Positions 58,034 to 64,000 of a DNA stretch of 64,000 nt are shown piece by piece. The stretch is from Porphyromonadaceae bacterium. GTDB taxonomy: Bacteria; Bacteroidota; Bacteroidia; Bacteroidales; UBA12481. The position numbers were made by a program, and so were the translations under genes. The notes under the pieces were generated by a model, which had not been told where the DNA came from, searched no databases, and was given only the letters and a program-made list of their open reading frames with translations. Numbering within the stretch: the stretch's first letter is position 1; every line of letters begins with the position of its first letter. Where the stretch lies: positions 37,037 through 101,036 of the forward strand of contig QYQM01000001.1 of assembly GCA_007280905.1 (NCBI GenBank), read 5' to 3'.

Positions 58034-60652
58034 ATGAAAAAGCCGGTATTGATTTTTGTTACATTCCTTTTGCCATTTGTGCTGAATGCCCAGATTGAAT
58101 ATCCGGGAAAGCCCTGGAGTCAGGAGCTGAAACTGAAATCTTCTCCGGCAATCGCCACTTTTTCCGGATTATCTCCCAAAGCTGCCATTGCCTATCTTTC
58201 ATCATTTTTTAATCCCGAACTGAAGGCGATGGTTTTTGCTTATCCGTTTGATACATTGCTAACTGCAGATCGTCAGGGGACCTGGGAAACACTTCACGAC
58301 GGATCCAGGATCTGGCGCCTTTCAATTTACTCCCCCAAAGCACTTTCAATAAATTTGATTTTCAGCCGGTTTAAATTACCTGCCGGAGCTGATGTATACC
58401 TCTATACACCGGATTATCAAACTATTCGCGGAGCTTTTACATCAAAAAACCAGACAGCATCAGGCGTTTTGGCTACAGTTCCCCTGCCTGGCGACAGGGT
58501 GACCGTTGAACTTAACCTTCCTGCAAACGCAGAGTTTATGCCGATCCTGGAAATTTCGAAAGTTTCACATGATTTTAAAGGTTTTTTCAGCTCATCATTA
58601 AGTGAGCATTCCGGAGACTGCAACGTTGATATAAACTGTCCTGCGGGGGCCAATTGGCAGACAGAGAAGAGATCTGTGGTTAAATTTATTCGCGGAGGAG
58701 TTTGGCTTTGCTCCGGCGCCCTGATCAACAATGTCCGGAATGATGGCCGGCCATTGCTGTTAACAGCCAACCATACCATTGGTAATGAAACACATGCTGA
58801 GCAAACGGTTTTCTTTTTCCGGTATGAACGTCCCTCCTGCGGAAACGGGAACGGAACACTGCAATATACTTTGTCGGGTTCGAAACTGCTTGCAACAACC
58901 AGTAGATTGGATTTCAGCCTGGTAGAGCTTAGTTCTGCTCCCCCGCAGAATTATGAGCCTTTTTATGCAGGCTGGGATCGGAGAGTTGTTACTTATCTGG
59001 ATACCGTAACCTGTATTCACCATCCCAACGGCGACGTAAAAAAAATATCGAAATCATATCGAAAAGTGTTTACCCGGAATTTTGGGGGAGGATATGATTC
59101 ACTTGCTCACTGGAACATAAGTGCATGGGATATAGGTACTACCGAACCCGGTTCATCAGGCTCACCATTGTTTAATAATGACCATCGGATTGTAGGAGAC
59201 CTCACAGGAGGGGATGCCAGCTGTGCATCCAATTTCAACGACTATTTTCAGAAGTTTTCGGTTAGCTGGGATAAATACCCGGATTCATCCAACCAATTGA
59301 AGCACTGGCTTGATCCGGCACAAACAGGACTGTTCGTTCTCAATGGTTATGATCCTTTTTCAGGAGGTAAACCAATAGCCAACTTCACCATCCGTCCGGA
59401 ACAGATACAGGTTGGAAGAAAAGTTTATTTTACCGACCGGTCCACAGGCCTGCCGTATTCATGGTCATGGTCATTCGAGAATGGTAAGCCGGCTGTTTCA
59501 AAACTTCAGGTACCAGAACCGGTTAAGTTCTCACTCCCGGGAACCTACCATATTACTTTACTTGTAAAGAATGAACAGGGAATCGACTCGCTGCAGCAAA
59601 CGATAACGGTTTCCGATTACCCTTCCTATGCAATTAGCGAAACCCGGATTGTGCCGGAGCGTCAAATCGAATTAACAGATCAAAGTACCGGACATCCGGT
59701 TTCCGTTTCCTGGTCTGTAACAGGTGCATCAACACCGGTGTATGCAGGACCAACAGTGGAATTGAGGTTCCTGAATCCGGGTGAATATTCTGTATCCGAA
59801 ATCGTTGAATTTCCGGACTTTACTGATACGCTGAACCATTATAACCAGATTAGGGTCATTCCTGATGTGCTTGCATACCGGTCATATACCTTCCGGAATG
59901 TTCAAACAGATGAACATACCGGCTATTCAACAATGGGGAGTCAGGGATACCTCCCGGGATCCAATAGCCTGGGAATTCTTGCATTTGCTGAAGCCTTTCG
60001 TAATCCGTCTGATACCACCTTCATCATTAATGGAATTACTATTCCCATTGAAGTAAGATCTAAATGGTCGGCGAATTATTACCTGCCTTTGGTTGTGTGG
60101 AACGCTAATAAACAGGTGGTTGTGAGAGATTCGGTTTTGGTATCCAACTACCAGCCTGAAAGCCGCTTAACGAAGTGGCTCAGGAGTCCTGTGAATTTTG
60201 ATACCCTGGTTTATGTCGGGTTTGAAGTGCGGCCCTGGGATCAGGGAACCTTTGTGTCAAAAATGGCCACTGACCGAGGCGAGATTGGAAACAATACCGC
60301 TTTTGTGGTTAAGGGTACTCAATGGCAGCCCATTACCGATGTTGCCGGTATCCATACCTCCTTTGATTTTTCCCTGGAAACTTCGGTTCTCATGAATTCC
60401 TATAATCAGGAAATCAGAATTCTTCCTAATTATAATGATGGAAATTTTACAATCAACCTGGGTACCCTGGTGTTTAATAAAGTGGATTTATCAATCTATA
60501 ATATTAAGGGTCAGAAGGTTATTGCGGATGTATCTAAAAGCGATAACCAGATCACCTTCCAGATTTTACCACCGGTTCCCGGAGTTTATGTGGTCCGGTT
60601 AATTATCGACAACTTTCAGTTTGCCACTAAATTGATGATCATCCGGCATTAG
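58034..60652 (+). CDS. Secreted trypsin-fold (S1, lysyl-endopeptidase-like) protease with PKD domains and T9SS C-terminal sorting domain
   Basis: Signal MKKPVLIFVTFLLPFVLNAQ. Catalytic contexts are LLTANHT (His), DFSLVEL (Asp) and EPGSSGSPLF (Ser). Two PKD-like repeats are present (FTDRSTGLPYSWSWSF...; LTDQSTGHPVSVSWSV...), and the C-terminal VDLSIYNIKGQKV...PGVYVVRLI is a T9SS CTD pattern. Confidence 0.8.
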   Translation: MKKPVLIFVTFLLPFVLNAQIEYPGKPWSQELKLKSSPAIATFSGLSPKAAIAYLSSFFNPELKAMVFAYPFDTLLTADRQGTWETLHDGSRIWRLSIYSPKALSINLIFSRFKLPAGADVYLYTPDYQTIRGAFTSKNQTASGVLATVPLPGDRVTVELNLPANAEFMPILEISKVSHDFKGFFSSSLSEHSGDCNVDINCPAGANWQTEKRSVVKFIRGGVWLCSGALINNVRNDGRPLLLTANHTIGNETHAEQTVFFFRYERPSCGNGNGTLQYTLSGSKLLATTSRLDFSLVELSSAPPQNYEPFYAGWDRRVVTYLDTVTCIHHPNGDVKKISKSYRKVFTRNFGGGYDSLAHWNISAWDIGTTEPGSSGSPLFNNDHRIVGDLTGGDASCASNFNDYFQKFSVSWDKYPDSSNQLKHWLDPAQTGLFVLNGYDPFSGGKPIANFTIRPEQIQVGRKVYFTDRSTGLPYSWSWSFENGKPAVSKLQVPEPVKFSLPGTYHITLLVKNEQGIDSLQQTITVSDYPSYAISETRIVPERQIELTDQSTGHPVSVSWSVTGASTPVYAGPTVELRFLNPGEYSVSEIVEFPDFTDTLNHYNQIRVIPDVLAYRSYTFRNVQTDEHTGYSTMGSQGYLPGSNSLGILAFAEAFRNPSDTTFIINGITIPIEVRSKWSANYYLPLVVWNANKQVVVRDSVLVSNYQPESRLTKWLRSPVNFDTLVYVGFEVRPWDQGTFVSKMATDRGEIGNNTAFVVKGTQWQPITDVAGIHTSFDFSLETSVLMNSYNQEIRILPNYNDGNFTINLGTLVFNKVDLSIYNIKGQKVIADVSKSDNQITFQILPPVPGVYVVRLIIDNFQFATKLMIIRH

Positions 60653-60660
60653 CTGAGGGA

Positions 60661-62076
60661 TTAATGACCGGCCAGATACTGTATGAAAAATGGCTTTACC
60701 TGATCAACCGAAATATTCTTGGCAATTATCCGGCGCTCAGCATCAAGAATGTACAGTATTGGTGTGGTGAAGGCCTGGTATTTTTCGATCATATCCCTGA
60801 CCTTTTGAGGGGAATAGACGTTAATCCAGCTTAACTGTTTATCAGTGATGAAATTAATCCATAAATTCTTATCTATCCGGGTATTCAAAGCCACTATTTC
60901 AATTCCCATTTGCTTCAGATCGGCATACTGGCTATGCAATTTGGGGGTTGCTTCTTTGCAAAATCCGCAATCCGGGCTCCAAAAGTAAAGAATCAGGTAT
61001 TTCGACTTAATATCTTTGATTTCAACTGGTTGTTCATCTGTATTGACCAGACCTTCCAAAACGGGAGCAACAGTGCCAAGCAACAATGGCTTAAGCTCTT
61101 TTACCCTGTAGCGGATTCCCCGCAAATTGGCCGAATCTATCCAGGGGGTTTGACCGGTAAGGTAATAGTTCTCAGCTATATACACGTACACAGCATCAGT
61201 TCCCATGATCTCGGGATCAGTATATAGATTAAAAAGATACTGAACTACAAATTGATACATATTCTTTGCAGGCTTTGATCGCTCAATGATCTGTCTGGCT
61301 TCCTGGATAATGGTATCCGGTATCGGGGGCACAACCTGCTTAAAGTATTGGTCCAGCTTCGTCTCAATCAAGGGAGTTCTTAGAAGCTTTTCATCGGTCA
61401 AATCCACACCATCGAAAAAGTGTGCCCTGACGAATTGGTATTGCTTCATCTGATTGTCCTGAGTATCAGGTTTTCCTAATGATTCCGGGATTCTTACCGG
61501 CTTCATTCCTTTGATAAAATTTCCGGGTAATGTCCCTGCAAGATCATGAATAGCCGAATCCCACAAATGGTTGTTCGATTTTTGTATTTGCTGTAATTCC
61601 TTGTTAAGCAATTGTGTACTATCCGGAGCCAGATTTCCATTTTTCAATCGGTTCTGGATCAGACTGTTACGGATCCTGTTGGCTGCGTATTTCTGCTGCC
61701 ACTCCTGGAATCGGCTGTTTTCAGGAGAACCTGAGAAAGATAAACTATCCGCGGGAGCCTTAGCTCGGGTGGATATGCTGAAAATCTGATTCTTATCCAG
61801 AAAAAATTCCGCAAATTTTTTATCCGGGAAAACCATTTGATACATTCCTTCAGGCATAGGATTAATCCCTTCAAACACTGCACTGCCGTTAATGTCGGTT
61901 TTAATGGTATCATCAGTATAAAATTTTAATCCCATCCGATGAGAGAGAATTACTTCCTTGTTCGGCAGATCAGGCACAAACAGGGAAATCCTGAATCCCT
62001 GGCCGGCCAGTCCACTCGACGAAAAGCAGATTATTAACGTTATAAGGAATGAAAATCGAATTGGCTTCATGCTCAT
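60661..62076 (-). CDS. TlpA/AhpC-family thioredoxin-fold protein with large N-terminal domain
   Basis: Signal MSMKPIRFSFLITLIICFSSSG, a C-terminal thioredoxin fold with YLILYFWSPDCGFCKE (CxxC), and an N-terminal ~330 aa of unknown function. Confidence 0.75.
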   Translation of the reverse strand: MSMKPIRFSFLITLIICFSSSGLAGQGFRISLFVPDLPNKEVILSHRMGLKFYTDDTIKTDINGSAVFEGINPMPEGMYQMVFPDKKFAEFFLDKNQIFSISTRAKAPADSLSFSGSPENSRFQEWQQKYAANRIRNSLIQNRLKNGNLAPDSTQLLNKELQQIQKSNNHLWDSAIHDLAGTLPGNFIKGMKPVRIPESLGKPDTQDNQMKQYQFVRAHFFDGVDLTDEKLLRTPLIETKLDQYFKQVVPPIPDTIIQEARQIIERSKPAKNMYQFVVQYLFNLYTDPEIMGTDAVYVYIAENYYLTGQTPWIDSANLRGIRYRVKELKPLLLGTVAPVLEGLVNTDEQPVEIKDIKSKYLILYFWSPDCGFCKEATPKLHSQYADLKQMGIEIVALNTRIDKNLWINFITDKQLSWINVYSPQKVRDMIEKYQAFTTPILYILDAERRIIAKNISVDQVKPFFIQYLAGH

Positions 62077-62130
62077 TTTTTCCCGCAAAGATAAATAGAC
62101 ATTGACTACATTTGACGAAACGATTAGTTT

Positions 62131-63024
62131 ATGCTATCCGTATTGATCCCCGTAATAGATTGGAATCCTTACAGCCTGGTTGCATCGCTGGCTGCTCAAT
62201 TAATTCAATGCGGACAATCCTATGAGATATTGGTCAGCGACGATAGCGATTTCACGGAATCATCCAAGATTTCACAGCTGGTTGGTCAGATACCGGGTGT
62301 AATATACTTTTGCCGCGAAAATCCTTTAGGGCGAAGTGCCAACCGGAACTTTCTTGGCGATCAGGCGAAGCACGAATTTCTCCTGTTTATGGATGGTGAC
62401 GCCGGTATGGCGGAGGGGAATTATATACAGAATTATCTGGACCGGTTAAGTTCTGATACTGTATTGTGCGGTGGAACACTATATAATGAAGAGCCACCGG
62501 AAAATTCCGATTTTCTGCTGAGATGGAAATATGGCAGATCCAGGGAACAATCTGATGCCAAAAACAGGCAGAAACGCCCTTGGAAATCATTCTCAACTTT
62601 CAATTTTCTGATTCCGGCCAAGGTTTTCAAAGGCATTCGGTTTGATGAGTCCATTAAGGGATACGGTCATGAAGACACCATTTTCGGAATAAACCTGCAT
62701 CAATCCGGGGTGAAAATTATACACCTGAATAACGGTTTGATCCATCTTGGACTGGAACCATCATCAATTTATCTCGAGAAAATCAGGGAATCGGGGGCCA
62801 ATCTTTGCCTTCTGGATTCAAGAATGAGGTTTCCTTCCAAATATATTGGTGATTTCAGCCTGCTGGCTTCATGGAAGCGGTTAAAAAAACTTAAGATCGC
62901 CTGGCTGGTGGCAGCCTGGTTCAGATATCGCAGAAAAAGCATCGAGAAGAGATTGTGCGGTCCGGATCCATCCCTGGTACTCCTTGATTTATACAAACTT
63001 GGCGCAATAAGTCACATTGGCTGA
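62131..63024 (+). CDS. Family 2 glycosyltransferase
   Basis: 297 aa with LSVLIPV...ILVSDD and FMDGDA (DxD). Confidence 0.75.
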   Translation: MLSVLIPVIDWNPYSLVASLAAQLIQCGQSYEILVSDDSDFTESSKISQLVGQIPGVIYFCRENPLGRSANRNFLGDQAKHEFLLFMDGDAGMAEGNYIQNYLDRLSSDTVLCGGTLYNEEPPENSDFLLRWKYGRSREQSDAKNRQKRPWKSFSTFNFLIPAKVFKGIRFDESIKGYGHEDTIFGINLHQSGVKIIHLNNGLIHLGLEPSSIYLEKIRESGANLCLLDSRMRFPSKYIGDFSLLASWKRLKKLKIAWLVAAWFRYRRKSIEKRLCGPDPSLVLLDLYKLGAISHIG

Positions 63025-63031
63025 TCTTTAT

Positions 63032-63039
63032 TATCTTTG
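63032..63039 (+). promoter_or_regulatory. Bacteroidota -7 promoter box for argS
   Basis: TATCTTTG, 20 nt before the ATG at 63059. Confidence 0.4.
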
Positions 63040-63058
63040 CGGCTCTTAATTTCAAAAG

Positions 63059-64000
63059 ATGGAGCGTATTGAAAATCGTATTGCCCGAATAACATCTTTG
63101 GCAATCCGGGAATTGTATAATAGCGGGGAGAATCCGGAAAATATCCAGGTAAAAAGCACCCGTAAGGACCAGAAAGGGGATTACACGGTTGTTACATTTC
63201 CTTTGACCAGGATTTCCCGGAAAAAACCAGAGGAAACCGGAACCGAAATTGGCAATTACCTGAAAACCCATCTTCCTGAAATTTCAGATTTTGAGGTGGT
63301 TAAAGGTTTTTTAAACCTGATTCTGGCAGATAAATTCTGGGTCGACTTCTTTAATGGGATAGCCGGTGATCTTGAATATGGCCATAAACCGGTACACTTT
63401 GATTCACCAGTGGTAGTGGTGGAATATTCATCACCCAATACAAACAAACCGCTGCATCTCGGGCACATCCGGAATAACCTTCTCGGATTTGCCGTTTCAA
63501 AGATCATCTCCGCCGCAGGTAATCATGTGATAATGGTCAACCTGGTCAACGACAGGGGAATCCATATCTGCAAATCGATGCTGGCCTGGCAAAAATGGGG
63601 TTACGGGATTACTCCGGAATCATCCGGAATAAAAGGAGATAAGCTGGTTGGGGAATTCTATATCCGTTTCGATAAAGAATATAAAATTGAGATAAAGGAA
63701 CTGATATCCAAAGGATTAAGCGAAGAGCAGGCAAAGGTAGAGGCCCCGATTATGAAAGAGGCCCAGGATATGTTGCTCAAATGGGAGAACAGTGATCCTG
63801 AAACCATTGAATTATGGTCGAGGATGAACAGCTGGGTTTATGAGGGCTTCGACAAAACCTACCAGCAGCTGGGCGTTTCGTTCGATAAATTTTATCATGA
63901 ATCAGAAACCTATAAGCTCGGTAAGGATTTGGTCACAGCCGGTCTTGACAACGGGGCCTTGTTCCGTAAAAAGGATGGCTCAGTTTGGGCAGATCTGACC
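63059..64000 (+). CDS. argS: Arginine--tRNA ligase, N-terminal ~314 codons (runs off window end)
   Basis: Absent from the track because it is open at the edge. My translation is MERIENRIARITSLAIRELYN... with VVEYSSPNTNKPLHLGHIRNNLLG (class I HIGH motif). Confidence 0.9.
   Translation, partial: MERIENRIARITSLAIRELYNSGENPENIQVKSTRKDQKGDYTVVTFPLTRISRKKPEETGTEIGNYLKTHLPEISDFEVVKGFLNLILADKFWVDFFNGIAGDLEYGHKPVHFDSPVVVVEYSSPNTNKPLHLGHIRNNLLGFAVSKIISAAGNHVIMVNLVNDRGIHICKSMLAWQKWGYGITPESSGIKGDKLVGEFYIRFDKEYKIEIKELISKGLSEEQAKVEAPIMKEAQDMLLKWENSDPETIELWSRMNSWVYEGFDKTYQQLGVSFDKFYHESETYKLGKDLVTAGLDNGALFRKKDGSVWADLT

Overview
This 64 kb window looks like core chromosome of a Bacteroidota bacterium. The evidence is a complete Bat/MoxR aerotolerance-type operon, a T9SS C-terminal sorting domain, the rpmB-rpmG-DUF4295 trio, DUF4249/DUF4252/DUF5916-type families, and several TAnnTTTG -7 promoter boxes. 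I call about 56 protein genes, mostly housekeeping: mnmE, sucD, fabG, cinA, rpmB/rpmG, ftsY, rimO, truA, aroE, dnaA, lptD-like, ridA, rpsF-rpsR-rplI, dnaX, secA, dapA, ligA and argS. I found no rRNA, tRNA, CRISPR array, transposase, integrase or phage genes, so nothing here resembles a mobile or defence island. Four elements are missing from the ORF track: an edge-truncated mnmE, a 51-codon DUF4295 gene, a cobalamin riboswitch ahead of a BtuB-like/BtuG-like pair, and a 5'-truncated yozG-like HTH gene relic with its own terminator. The best candidates for undescribed biology are all inferential. One is an 8 kb co-directional envelope array (TonB receptor, DUF4249, ECF sigma module, and a 954-aa HExxH / beta-propeller / Omp85-like protein) preceded by twin palindromes. 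Another is an MlaD/MCE protein with a SPOR-like C-terminal domain, next to a SPOR-bearing amidase and divergent from lptD. Others are a dispersed GC-rich hairpin repeat showing a compensatory stem substitution, and a three-gene membrane/lipoprotein operon of unknown function. All family names come from motif recognition and memory; no searches were run.
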